From: Heterodontus francisci
Lineage: Eukaryota
Assembly: GCF_036365525.1 (NCBI RefSeq)
Contig: NC_090373.1
Coordinates: forward strand, 104,633,570 to 104,697,569
Direction of reading: 5' to 3'
DNA: 64,000 bases
The first letter of the stretch is position 1. Each line of letters starts with the position of its first letter. This document shows, piece by piece, positions 36,009 through 48,699 of this stretch. Below the pieces are notes generated by a model that worked only from the letters and a program-made list of their open reading frames with translations, was not told the DNA's origin and made no database searches. A program made the position numbers and the translations under genes.

Positions 36009-36580
36009 GTTAATGTTATTCGTGTCCTGTATTAAGCAATAAGGGATTACTTCTACACTAGTTAATGATGCAACCCCTAAGTAATTATTATTTTGTGATA
36101 TAATTACACAGTAGAGCACCTTTTTAAAAAAAACTTAAAGGCATATACTTGTTCCCTAATATGGAAATGTAGATCCCATTCAGTGAATTGCAGGCACAGA
36201 CATGAGTGCCGCACACTTCTGTGACACAGTGTGTCGGTACACTGCTGGAGCCTGTCCCTGTAGCAGAATATTTTCAAGTCATGCTGGTATGCATTTAAGG
36301 TAGCTTAGCCCATTCTAAATTTTGAATTGTAAGCTTTAATTTGTAGCCACTGTGGTACATTGTTCTTTAAAAGTTAGCAAGCATTGAAGGCTAGTGTCTG
36401 CACCTTGTAATCTTAATCTAGATAGAGGCAGAAAATCCCACTGAGTTATTCTTGTGAATAGATATTCTGCTAAAGAAATGAGATAATCGCATCAAATTCT
36501 AAACCATTATATAACTAGTTTGATAAGTGGCATTTTCTCATTGCTACCGCTTTGCATTTATATGAACTTGTATCTTGCAG

Positions 36581-36726
36581 GAAAATTTCATCACCCTGAA
36601 ATTCTTCAACTGGTGGCAACTTTAAATGCAGAAAGAAATTCCAGACAAACAAAAGCCAGCACCTCAGACACACAGTCGGCTTGGGAGAGTGAACCCAATG
36701 TATTGCCCCAGAACACCCAACTCTAG
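36581..36726 (+). CDS. HDDC2: HDDC2 last coding exon
   Basis: tatcttgcag|GA; (G)KFHHPEILQLVATLNAERNSRQTKASTSDTQSAWESEPNVLPQNTQL-TAG; six exons sum to 651 nt = 216 aa plus stop. Confidence 0.95.
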
Positions 36727-37321
36727 GATAGCATTGTTAAAGCAGTCAAGTAAATGTGCTTTTTAAAAACTGTATCATTCTTCATTTTGAATAAGCAAAT
36801 TCATGACTGAACAAAACCAAGTATTGGTGTTTTATACATTGTCTTTCCAGCATGTGGAGAATGTTTTGTATTTCCTTGGACAAGTGAAAATTTAAAATCT
36901 GAAGGCTACTTTTTCCAACTAAAAACATTCAATCTCTTTATTCACAGTAGAAGGCATTTTCAATATACTGGTGAAATGGGCGTGAACTCACTGGTTCGAC
37001 AGCGGTGTTCAAACCTTTCTACTCAAAGCCTGATTCAGATTCCGGCCTCCTTGGGAATACAGTCGGTGAGCACTCGCTGAAATAGGAGGTTGAAAATCAG
37101 GTGTCTCCATGAACAAGCTTCAGTAAAAGCCCCAGTGGGCGTAGTATTAACCCCACAAAAATGCTTCACGCCATTTTGGAGCAGCCTCTGTCCATTTGTA
37201 CTTGAAAATTTGAAATAGGGTCTGACAACCAGTGTAGCACCAAAATTTGCATGTGGAAGTAGTCTCTCACTTATTTTGGGTGTAAGTGTTTGGCACCCAT
37301 TTATGAGCCTGTAAAGACACT

Positions 37322-37605
37322 AGGGGCGGAATATTATACCACCCCAACGAGCCGGATCGTGGCGTAAAATGGAGCGGGAGGCTCTCCCAACCTGCTCCCG
37401 CCTCCGCCCCACTGTTCTTAGGGCTGGGGGGAGCAGCGAAAAACGGGCTGCCAATCAAGGCCCTTCGCCCATCTCCGCATGGATTTTATGCATGGCAAAT
37501 GGGTGTCCTGGACCAGGAAAGGTCGCCAAGTAAAAGCTGGCGGCCTGTCAGCGCACAGGAGGTGGGCCCTGAAAATGGAGCACAGGGTGCCTGATTGAGG
37601 TACCT
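37322..37605. mobile_element. Harbinger-type MITE fragment downstream of HDDC2
   Basis: Starts GGGGCGGAATATT; GC- and CpG-rich; second TIR not found. Confidence 0.45.
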
Positions 37606-38004
37606 TACCTAGGCAGGAAAAAAATCAACTCTGACTCCTAGTGCCAGACCACAATCTAATGGACCTTGCTGGAAAATGCACAAGGGCCACTGTGGTTGTC
37701 AAGCAAGTACGAGATCAAACTTGGCTCTGAAGCTGGCATCACAATGTTGTGAGTCAGTTTTGAGGAGAGGAGAAAATTTTGTAACATGGAACTGCAGAAA
37801 CACCAATCAATCAGGAAAACTTGCTCACAGCCTCCTCCCTCCCAATCCAATACCCAGGAGGAGAAACCAGAGCAGCTATCCGCTATGGACAGGGAAGGGT
37901 AACAATTCCAACCAGGTAACCAGTAGACATCACTCCCTCATTTACTGACTGAACTCAGACCAAAGAAAATTGTTACATTGTTTCTAGTGCAACACCAATA
38001 AAGA

Positions 38005-38305
38005 ATAAACATGCATTTATACTGCATCTTTCATATCCTCAGGATATCCCAAAGTGCCTTATAGGCAGTGAATTGCTTTTTGAACTGTAGTCACTTGTTT
38101 TATAGGCAAACATGACAGCCAGTTAATCCATGGCATAGCTCCACAAACTGCAAGATGAATGATTGTTTTTTTTTTGGTGATGCTGGCTGACTGACTGTTG
38201 GTTGGCATGCTGCTAGAACTCACCATTCTTCGTTGAAAATGTGCTGTGTGATCTTTTATGTCCACTTGATCACAGCTCCACCATTGCAGCACTCCCTCAG
38301 TAGTG
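38005..38305 (-). mobile_element. DeuSINE, diverged
   Basis: catgcatttatactgcatctttcatatcctcaggatatcccaaagtgc tail and atcttttatgtccac body, reverse-complemented. Confidence 0.7.
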
Positions 38306-38314
38306 CAATGCATC

Positions 38315-38712
38315 CCACTCCAGAGGCTTGAGCACAAAAATCAAGGCTGATACTCCAGTGCAGCACTGAGGGAATATTGCAGTGTCAGAAGTACAGCTTT
38401 CTGCTGAGATGTTAAACTGAGGACCCGTCTGCTCTCTCAGGTGGGCATAAAAGATCTCATTGCACTATTTTGAAGAGAAGTGGAGTTATCCCTGGTATCC
38501 TGGCCACTATTTATCCTTCAACCAACATCACTAAAACAGGCTATCTGGTCATGATCTCATTACTATATATGGTATCTTGCTACATGCGAATTGGCTGCTG
38601 TGTTTCCCACGTTGTAATAGTGATTACACATCAAACGTATTTCATCAGCTGTAAAACACCTTGAGATATCCTGAGGTTGCGAAAGGTGCTTTATAAATAC
38701 AAGTCTTTTTTT
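38315..38712 (+). mobile_element. DeuSINE (SacSINE1-like)
   Basis: gatgttaaactgaggacccgtctgctctctcaggtgggcataaaagatctcattgcactattttgaagag...cctggccactatttatccttcaaccaacatcactaaaacag...aaaggtgctttataaatacaagtc. Confidence 0.82.
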
Positions 38713-38999
38713 AAGTGTTCAGTGACATTTTATGCCCAAGTCTGAGAGAATCTTGAACCAATAACCTTTTGACTTGGAGCTGAGTATTACCACTGAGCGA
38801 TGGTAACATTGTGCTGCTTTTGTAAGCACTGTGCCATCAAAATGTACAATGGCTTATGAGATATATATGTAAAAAAAAAAGTTTTCAGCAAGTGCATGAG
38901 GCATACATTTTCATTCACATCAACTGATAATTCTGAAATTTCTGTATTTAAAACATTAAAGAGAATATGTTAGAATTCAGATTTAAGACAGCCACACAT

Positions 39000-39022
39000 T
39001 ATATATATATATATATATATAT
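39000..39022. repeat. (TA)n microsatellite
   Basis: About 11 TA units. Confidence 0.9.
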
Positions 39023-41354
39023 ACTGTTTCCCCACTTTGAAGGATGAGAACAGAGGAATAATTCCCAGTGCAAATAATAGGTGTGTTATTAAAGAAAAAG
39101 GTAAAGCAGTTGATATCTAAAGTCTTCAAACCCAATGCTGAAAGAAACTGCTGCTTTTCCACCCTGCGTTTATAGGGTTAGTTGCCATCTTCATAATTTC
39201 TTGTGGTGCTGATGTTTATTTGATTTAAAAACTGGTTGTATTTTGTAATTGTGCTTAGAGAGTGGTTAACAACAATCATTGTTCAATTCATTGAACTACT
39301 TTGTGTAAAATAACCCCAAAAGTCAAAGATGATGAAATTTGGTTAAAATTAGAAAGTTTTGTTAACTTTGAAATTAACAAAATAATGCTAGACAGACCAT
39401 AAAATGTTTTAATACAACTATCAAATAGATTGTTCACCTTTATATGTGCACAGTTTCAATTTCCACAAAAAAAACAAACATTTCAGAAGGATAATTTGAA
39501 TACTTGTATGCAGCTATTAAAGCAGATCAGTTACAAGACATTTTGTAAACAATGCAAACTCAAGTCAATCACAAGTAAATAGAAATATCAATATCTCCAG
39601 GTATTTGTATGATTATCAAGCTGAATTCCAATAGCAAGATGAGTAACTACTGCTCTGAGGTAGCGTACCAGAAATACAATCTTTGCAGTTTACCAGTGGG
39701 AATAAGATTTTATCAACAGCCAGGTGAAAAAAACCTGAGGGCTACAGTAGCATCCGTACCAAAAGGAAAAATATTTTCAAAATGTTTATTCTAATTACAC
39801 TATTGAGAAGTATGGTTGGTTTCTCCTCCATCCTTCACAAATGTGCATTCGAACTTTGTACAAGTCTCTGCTGATAGCTCAGTGAGTTTATCTGGTAATT
39901 GGTGAGGCATACAGACCAAGAAAGTCTCAGATTAGCATTGAGTTTAACATCTGGTAGGATAATAGCAGAGGCCCTACAATTAGCTTCAATACCTTTGGAG
40001 AAGAACTATGGTTAGTGTTCTGAATCGCTATGTAATTGGTCTACCAAATAAAGAGAGTTGCCAACAGTCACATGTAAATTATGCTCACTTAGGTGAGGTA
40101 CAGGATGGCAACTGGTGCTCATGGAAATTTAGCCTACTGGTGACTTTCATGAAACCAAATAAGAGGGGCGGGGCGGAGGAAGAACCTCAAGTTTTTGGAC
40201 AGGTTTTAAGAAATAAAATATGCTTGAAAACTTCAAGTCATCTGCCCTTCCACCTGAAAGTACTGAAAGGGTTAGCCTTCCCTTCCTCCCCTTCCCACAG
40301 TACTGAAAGGATTAACTGTCAGTTAGTCAACACTTCGCTCTAAATTTATAAGTTAAAATCTTCAAAGTATAGTTACTTCTTTTGGTGGCTGGGTAGAGGA
40401 ATCTATTTTGACAATGTTAGTGATGTATTTTGGAATAGTGGCACTAGATGCAGAGATTTCAGATCATGACGTTTTCAATGTTTATTATGCAGTAGAATAA
40501 TTGAATAAATAAGTGGAAATTTCTCAATTCATAGCATCTTTGGAATGGCTATCATTTTGGTTTTTTTTGTAAGGCAATCATTTCTCGACAGGTTCCCTTT
40601 TTAATTTCACTTGGTGAGCTTCCAACTAAGAAACTGGACGAGAGTATATAATGTAACCAAGTGCTGATCAATTAATCTGTACCTCCACATAAACTAGTGT
40701 CCATCCTGGGTCTCCCCGTAAAAACAAATCCACGTAAAGCTTTAGCATAATTAAGTAGTAAAGCTGATATTGCATTAGAAATATTGAATAATCTGGATGT
40801 TATGTATATCTTAAAAGTGCTTCCAATTTATAGTAGTAATGCAATGTCAAATTATTTTAACAGGTTACTGGTCAACAGTTTCTTGTAGGATCCATTTAAC
40901 AAACTTATAATACTTTGTTTTATAGCATTTGACTTAATGACCATAGTCAAGAAATTGCAAATAGAGCTGGTACCAAGAAATAACATTTTTTTCCCTCAAG
41001 ACCTCAAAAAGGAATACAATATGTTAAGTCTTCAGAACAGTGGTTTATAAAATTTCTCTTTAAACAGGTTTTGTTGAAGAAGCATGTGAACTTACTCTGT
41101 AACTCAATGAACTCTGTTGTAATGCAAGTACAGATGGAGCTTAGAATAAAAATTCAGAATAAGCAATTTATAAAATTAGAGAAATATTCAAAAAAAAAGT
41201 ACATAAAACAAATTTCTATTGATAAAATTTCCACTATTTTGTTTCCAGGTTGTCTTCCCTAATATACTCAGGAGACAGATCTACTGAATTTTAAACAAAA
41301 TCTAGTAACACCAAGATTTACACATTGAAACTTTCCAGTATTAGAGGAAAGATT

Positions 41355-41480
41355 TTAAAAAGCTCCGAAGTCTTCAGTCAGATGATTTCCTGAAGTTGAT
41401 TCCTGAACACTGGCATTGGCAGTAGAATTCAGCACATCTTCAAAACTTCCACTGCTGTGGGCAGGCACACCAACTTTACA
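41355..41480 (-). CDS. TPD52L1: TPD52L1 (tumor protein D53) last coding exon
   Basis: minus strand ttgtttag|TGT; CKVGVPAHSSGSFEDVLNSTANASVQESTSGNHLTEDFGAF-TAA; resembles the D52-family KVGG...GSFEEVLSSTAHAS segment. Confidence 0.92.
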   Translation of the reverse strand, partial: CKVGVPAHSSGSFEDVLNSTANASVQESTSGNHLTEDFGAF

Positions 41481-42404
41481 CTAAACAACCACAATATGAT
41501 TGAAAGTATTAAGAAAAATCCACAGTATCAGACAGGTTATGGCTGCCCAATAACCACCATATAGCAGTGACACATTTGTGGTCAGTCTAAATGTAGTTGC
41601 ATTTCATTAGTCAACTTACTGGATCAGGAACTTTTTTTTAACCATTCTAGAAAAACAATACATTCAAGACTAAATAACTACATCATGCAGATAAAGAGAA
41701 GGAAACTCCAATAGTTTGGATAAGTAGCTAAAAAGAATGGAGACTACCTTGTGGTGATAATTGTACTGAGAGAAATGAAAAGATGTTGGCCAATAAGAAG
41801 CAGTCAGGAATACTAATCATGCTGGCAGTAAAAGCAGCACACAATGGGTATCATTGGCATAGGATCTTACACATGACAATGTAACCTTACACATGACGGG
41901 AACACAGAATTCAGAACAGTCTCAAGAACTCTGACCTAGAAATCCGTTATTTACTCTGCTGATTACCTTGTGTATAAGCTTTCCCCCAATTCTATTGTTT
42001 ATGTCTCTATTCCACAATGAGTTTGAAATAAAAAATCTTGTGTAAATGACAAGTTTCACACAACTTTATTTTAAAAAGCATCTCTCCTAAAATTACTTAT
42101 ACTTTGGCACTGTGTAGAAAAGTACTTAACAGACCTTTAACTGGGACTCTGACCCTATTCATGCAAAGGAACTAATATTATCACTCAGCCAATTCATCTC
42201 CTGAAGCAAATGTCACAGTGTAACAACATTTTGTTCAAAAGGTGGATCAGTACCTTTTGATGTTTATTAGAACATAGCTATTGGCTGCAGAATGCACCAT
42301 CTGTTGTTGTATTGTCTATTGTCAAAGGCAATAAACAGGATATACAGAAAAATTATGAACGAGACGACGGGAGCGGTGCAGTAAATTTAACAAAGTAGCA
42401 TTAG

Positions 42405-42652
42405 TTACTGGAAATACTCAGCAGGTCAGGCAGCATCTGTCTTCCAGCCGATCACAGACCTTCCCTTTTGTTCCTTTTCTAACCCTCCCCACTTTCATTT
42501 GCTTAGAACCTATTACATTTCTAACTTTTCCCAGTTCTGATGAAAGGTTACAGATGTGAAACATTTACTCTGTTTCTCGCTCCACAGGTGCTGCCTGACC
42601 TGCTGAATATTTCCAGCACTTTCTGTTTTTATTTCAGATTTTCAGCATCTGC
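42405..42652 (+). mobile_element. Penelope pseudo-LTR remnant with a degraded hammerhead motif
   Basis: agttctgatgaaaggttacagatgtgaaacatttact at 42533-42569; ctggaaatactcagcaggtcaggcagcatctgt inverted at 42583-42616. Confidence 0.7.
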
Positions 42653-43399
42653 AGGATCCAGATCTGATTTGTAATCTTCGCTCAGTTGGCTGAATATAGA
42701 GCCACTACATTTACCGTCAGGCGGGCAAAAAAAAGTAATTCACATATTCATTTATTATTCAGCAATTCTTACTGAAAGCGCAATTGTCAACATTTGGTAA
42801 GGATAGCATCAGACTGGACTTTTATGGCCTCAATGTGAATTGCCTGACAACACAGTGGATATGCTCACAGATTAAGAATGGTCAATTAGACAACATATTG
42901 GAGAGCATGCAGGGACACCTTGCAATAATCAATACATTCAAAAGAGCAGAATAATACTCAAAATATTTTTGTTGGACTACATATAAATGTTCTCCATAAT
43001 AAATGAGTTTTATTTTCTCCTCATGTAAAGATTACATGCATCAAGGGCAATACACACCACAATGTAAACCATTTTAAACAGAGTTGTGAGGCTGTGGAAT
43101 TCACTTCCAGGTTTGTGTCTGAGGCAGAAACTGTGGCAATACTCAAGTTTAGATTGGATAAATATTTGATGGAAAAGGGGATAGAAAGATATGTGGATAG
43201 AGAAGACAAATATGATTAGGACTATTCACTCAACTAGAATGCATGTGCCAACAAAGACTGGTTGGGCTGAATATCCTTTTTCTATGCTGTAACGTTTATG
43301 TTACTTTTTTGTCACCTCATGAGTGTTTTATTCTTTGGTTTTCTATCTACTTTTATAGACCACATCCTCCTCAATCTCTGAAGGAATAATCTGGATCAT

Positions 43400-43685
43400 G
43401 GACTTTGTCTACAATGCCTAGATAAACAAAGGCAGCAGACACATAGGAACAGAACCATCTCAAAGTTCCCCTACAAGTCACACACCATCCTGACTTTGAA
43501 ATATATTGCCATTCAATCACTGTTGCTGGGTTAAAATTCTGAAACTTTTCTACCAAACAGCACTGCGGGCGTATCTACACCACACAAACTACAGGGGTTC
43601 ACGAAGGTTCACTGCCACCTTCTCAAGGGCAATAAATGCTGGCCTTGCCAGCGATGCCTAATCCCATGAACGAATAAAACAAAAA
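43400..43685 (+). mobile_element. CR1-group LINE tail fragment
   Basis: aagtcacacaccatcctgact...tctcaagggcaataaatgctggccttgccagcgatgc. Confidence 0.75.
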
Positions 43686-44141
43686 ATATGGGGACCAGAA
43701 CAGTGCATAAGTACGGTTTAACCAAAGTTCAGTGCAAGTTCGCTTTTCAATTCTATCCCTCAGAAATGAACCCCAGTGCTTGGTTTACTTAAATGGCCTT
43801 ATTAACCTGCACCACTACTTTTAGCGATTTGTGTATTTGTACCCCCAGATCTCTCTGCTCCTCTACCATCTTTTGGACTGTAATTATCCAAGTAGGCCTC
43901 CTTATTCTTTCTACTGAAATTTAACATCTCACACTTGTCTATATTGAAATTAATTTGCCAACTACACACCCATTCTGCAAATGTACTAATGTCTTCCCCA
44001 ATTTGGTATCATCCTCAAATTTTGAAATTGTACTTTAGATTCCTGATATAACCAGATCAAACCACAGTAATTGGGTAGGTTTGAAGAGGTATGGCAGTGC
44101 TGGCACATTCCACAATCAAACTATGACAGCAAAATCTTTAC

Positions 44142-44202
44142 CTTCAGACTGCTAACTGTAGTTTCCATCCGCTCCTCAAAGGACTTGAATGTAGGAGAAT
44201 TT
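44142..44202 (-). CDS. TPD52L1: TPD52L1 coding exon (61 nt)
   Basis: ttgccacag|A; NSPTFKSFEERMETTVSSLK; AAG|gtaaag; NSPTFKSFEE is the D52-family signature. Confidence 0.96.
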
Positions 44203-44450
44203 CTGTGGCAACAAGGAACATCGAATGATTTGTGTTCTACAGTTTTATTCATTTAATATGTACAAAGTGAGAGTAAATGGCTGATAATATTTATAGTCTG
44301 TATTAAAATGTATTAGCTTTACTAAGAATAATGTTTTATGTAAACTAGCCTGCCACATGAATTTATATTGACAAAAAAGCAGCACTAATTATGAGTTTAT
44401 TAACAAAAAATGTTGTACTCTCTATTAATGAACTTCCAAACTATTGACAT

Positions 44451-45235
44451 AACAACAACTTACATTTATCTAGCACCTTCAACGTAATTAAACGTCCCAA
44501 GGCACTTCACAGGAGCATTATAAAACAAAGCAAGACAGCGAGCCGCATGAGATATGAGGTCAGATGACCAAAATCTTGGTCAAAGAGGTAGGTTTTAAGG
44601 AGCATCTTAAAGGAAAAAAAAGAGGCAGAAAGGATCAAGGAGGGAATTCCGGCGCTTGGGGCCTAGGCAATTGAAGGCACAGCCACCAATGGTGGAATGA
44701 TTAAAATCAGGGTTGCTCAAGAGGCCAAAATTAGAGGAGCGCAGATATCTTGGCAGGGTTGTAGGGGTGGAGGAGATTAGAGAGATAGGGAGGGGTGAGG
44801 CCATGGAGGGATTTGAAAACAAGGATGAGAATTTTAAAATCAAGACGTTGTTTGACCAAGAGTAGGTCAGTGAGCCCAAGGGTGACAGGTGAACGGGACT
44901 TGGTGAGAGTTAAGACATGGGCAGCAGAGTTTTCGATGACCTCAAGTTTACCGAGGGTAGAATGTGGGAGACCAACCAGGAGTGCATTGGAACAGTTTAG
45001 ATGTAACAAAGACATGTATGAGGGTATCAGCAGCAGATGAGTTGCGACAGGGGCGAAATCAGGCAATGTTACAGAGGTGGAAACAGGTGATCTTAGTGAC
45101 GGTGTGAATATGAGGTCGGAAGCTCATCTCAGGGTCAAATGTGACACAAAGGCTGTGAATAAACTGGCCTCATCTCAGGCTGTTGCCAGGGAGAGGGATG
45201 GAGAGGGTAGCTAGGGAACGGAGCTTGGAGCAGTA
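44451..45235 (-). mobile_element. L2-clade LINE 3' fragment
   Basis: LNCSNALLVGLPHSTLGKLEVIENSAAHVLT...VKQRLDFKILILVFKSLHGLTPPYLSNLLHPY; tail resembles the DeuSINE tail. Confidence 0.85.
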
Positions 45236-46659
45236 ATTAACAGTAAGTCAAACCACATTCCAATGGTTCAAAATAATCTACTGCTTATTGAAGATGGAGC
45301 CCAAATGTTCTTAAAAAAAGAGGCACAAACTAGAGAATTTACAGATTTAGTTAAGTATATTCTAAGAACAGAACACAAATTTAACATACAATAGGAGCCC
45401 TAACTATGCTAACATACAAGATAGCAACCATAAGGTGCCCTGTTTGCAGTATGGTGTGGTTTCACCAACAGAAAGGAGATAACAACGGCCAAAAGTCATG
45501 CTGCTGTCAACCCAAACACCAATTCCTCTTTATACTGTTATTTGATTAGTTTTAGGACCACTTGCAAAGTACAATGACTGCTGTACTGAATTGATAAATC
45601 CCGGAGATCATATTGTTCAAAAATTACTGTTGCCAATATTAGTGAACAAATGCTTAATAGGTTTGAGTGAAGTTTCTCTGTCCACCATTTAGTGGAACTG
45701 TTAACCCCCATTTAAAATAATCGAAGTAATGTCTACATTACAATTGCAGACAAAGGAATGTCCTATAAATGTGTTAAAGATTTGTCTACTAGTATCATGA
45801 ACAGCGATTTCTAGGCTAATACATAACAAAAAACATTTCTTATTCCCTCTCCCAGCTTAAGCACTTACTGCAGAACCTGCAGCACTAGTAAGCGGTTCCA
45901 ACTTCAGTGGAGGACCAAGATAAAAGCAGTTGGACTAATCAAAGCTATATTTTCTGGTTGCTATTAATTGTTATTGTATCCATTCTAAATGGATAAGTGC
46001 CTTTTCTAACCAACTAAAAAGCTGAGTTTGGTTTAAGTGGGCTTCCAGGTCATAACTGGCAAATGGGAACCACTAGAAACCATGCATTTACTGAGCTCCT
46101 GTCTGTTAGAATTAATGAAGTATGAGTTAAGATACATTATGACTGTCGACAAATATTAATTCAGCTCTCTAACATCACTGGGCCATGTAATTCCACCAAG
46201 CCAGTTGCCTGGTTGTGTAATTTTTTTAACAAAGTAAAATTATTCCAATAAACGTGAAAACAGTGTTGAGGCAATCACAACTCTGTTTTGATTTTTAAGG
46301 GGCACTGATGTTAACAATTAAGTTTGGGGGAATAAACCTTAATACTTTACAAAGTCCAATGTAAGCAAACTGACTTTGTAATTCTCGTGCTGATCTGGTT
46401 CTACCTATCCTGATCGATAAGCATACATCTCCTTAGATCCTGCATAGGATTAACCAGATATCAATACCACCATTCACCAGTTTCTCAAATTTGAAACAAA
46501 AAATATGTTCCCAAGTCTTGGAGGAAGTTTTGAAAACACTTAGTTTCACCCCAAATCATAAAAAAGTTTACACATTTAGCTATTAGTTAATGCAGTCCAA
46601 ACAAACCTTAAAGCCAACATTTAGCAATGTCTCAGCTCTGTCAACACACATTGCATTAC

Positions 46660-46698
46660 CTCATAGCTGGAAAACTAATTGAATGCTGCACAGGGTAA
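46660..46698 (-). CDS. TPD52L1: TPD52L1 39-nt cassette exon
   Basis: tgtgccag|T TAC CCT GTG CAG CAT TCA ATT AGT TTT CCA GCT ATG AG|gtaatg = (N)YPVQHSISFPAM(R); symmetric phase 2-2; homologous to human SYSIRHSISMPAMR. Confidence 0.9.
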
Positions 46699-47234
46699 CT
46701 GGCACATGGAAGCATTAAGAAAAAACATTGAATGTGCTTAAGTCAATCAGTAAGTGAAGAAAATAGGCCATCATTAAAACATTCATTAAACAAAGCTACT
46801 TAATATTCAGAATACAGGCAATGACCATGTTAGTATACAAGATAATATTTTAAGCTGATACCATAGATATAAGGCCATTGGATTTGTGCTGACTGTGCTG
46901 GAGCAATCCAAAACTAATCCCACTGCCCCATACTCTTCCTATAGCCCTGTATCTTCCATTGCTTAAGCTGAGAATCATTTGTTACTCAATTTCCAGACAG
47001 AGGTAATAGTCTTTCCCTATTCACTCTTAAAACCCTTCACAATTTTAAAGCTCTACTAAATCTCTTCTTAGCCCACTGTACTCTGTGGAAATAGTCTCCT
47101 CATAACCACCTTTGTAGCCCATGTCCACTTTTAATGTCCACTGTGGTTCATTTAAAACAAAAGGCAAATTCAGTTCCGGAAGATGCTGAGCTGAATATAG
47201 TCCATGTTTAAAGTTATGCATTGGGCATGCCAAC

Positions 47235-48512
47235 CTCCTTAAATAAGGAGACCAAAACTGTACTCTAGGTGTGGTATCACCAATTTCCTATACATACATA
47301 CGAACAGACTTCCATACTTTTATACTCCATCCCAGTAAAGGTTAACATTCCATTTGCCTTCTTAATTACTCACTGTACCTGCATGCTAACTTTTGTGATT
47401 CATGCACAAAGACACCAAGATTCCACTGCACCGCAGAATTCTGTAGTCTCTCACTATTTAAATAACAATCTGCTTTTCTATTCTATTCCAAGTGGATAAC
47501 CTCACATTTTCCCACATTCCACTCCATCTGCCAAATGTTTTCCCACTCACTTAACCTATCTACATCCCTTTGTAGACTCTGTGCCCTCCGCACAACTTGC
47601 TTTCCTACCTATCTTTACATCGTCAGTAAATTTAGCTATAGTATACTTGGTCCTTTATCCAAGTCATTAATATAGATCGTAAATAGTTGAGGCCCCAGCA
47701 CTGATCCCTGTGGCACTCCATTAGTCACAGTTTGCCAACTTGATATGACCCATTTATCCCAAATCTCTGTTTCCTGTTAGCCAATCCTCTATCCATGCTA
47801 ATATATTACCCCCAAAACCATGAACTCTTATCTTGTGTAGTAATCTTTTATGTGGCACCTTACAGAATGCCTTTTGGAAATCCAAATACACCACACCTAC
47901 TTTATCCACCCTGCTTGTTACATCCTCAAAGAACTCTAATAAGTTTGTCAAACATGTTTTCCCTTTCATAAAACCATGTTGACTCTGTTTGATTATGACT
48001 TTCTAAATCTCCTGCTACAATTTCCTTAATAATGGATTCCAACATTTTCCCAATGACAGATGTTGGGCTAACTGGCCTATAGTTTTCTGCCTCCCTTCTT
48101 TCTTGAATAGAGGTGTTACATTTGCGGTTTTCTAATCCACTGGGACCTTTCCATAATCTAGGGAATTTTGCAAGATTACAATCAATGTATCCAGTATCTC
48201 TGCAGCCACTTCTTTTTAGACCCTAGGATGCAGACCATCAGGTCCAGGGGACTTGTCAGCCTTTAGTCCCATTAGTTTTCCTATTATTTTTTCTCTTGTG
48301 ATGGTTTTAGGTTCCTCCCTCTCTTTTGCTCCCTGATTTTCTACTATTATTGGGATGCTTTTAGTGTCTTCAACCATGAAGACAGATACAAAATATTTGT
48401 TCAAAGTCTCTGCCATTTCGTTGTTTCCATTATTAATTCCCCAGTCTCATTCTCTAAGGGACCAATGTTTACTTTAGCTACTCTCTTCCTTTTTATATAC
48501 TTGTCAAAGCTC
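47235..48512 (-). mobile_element. CR1 LINE RT fragment
   Basis: MAETLNKYFVSVF...KADKSPGPDGLHPRV; KGKTCLTNLLEFFEDVT...VYLDFQKAFCKVPHKRLL. Confidence 0.88.
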
Positions 48513-48699
48513 TTATCAAAAGAATGGTTATGCAATCACATTATATGCTGAAGTTGCACCATTTCCAATATGATGCAATACTATTTAATCAGGTAAGCTA
48601 CTAAACAGCAGCAAAACCATTGACTTCATAAACTTGTTTTTAACATTGTCAAGTGAATAGAATCAGATCTTTGGCTGGGCAATGGGGAAATTAATAGGA

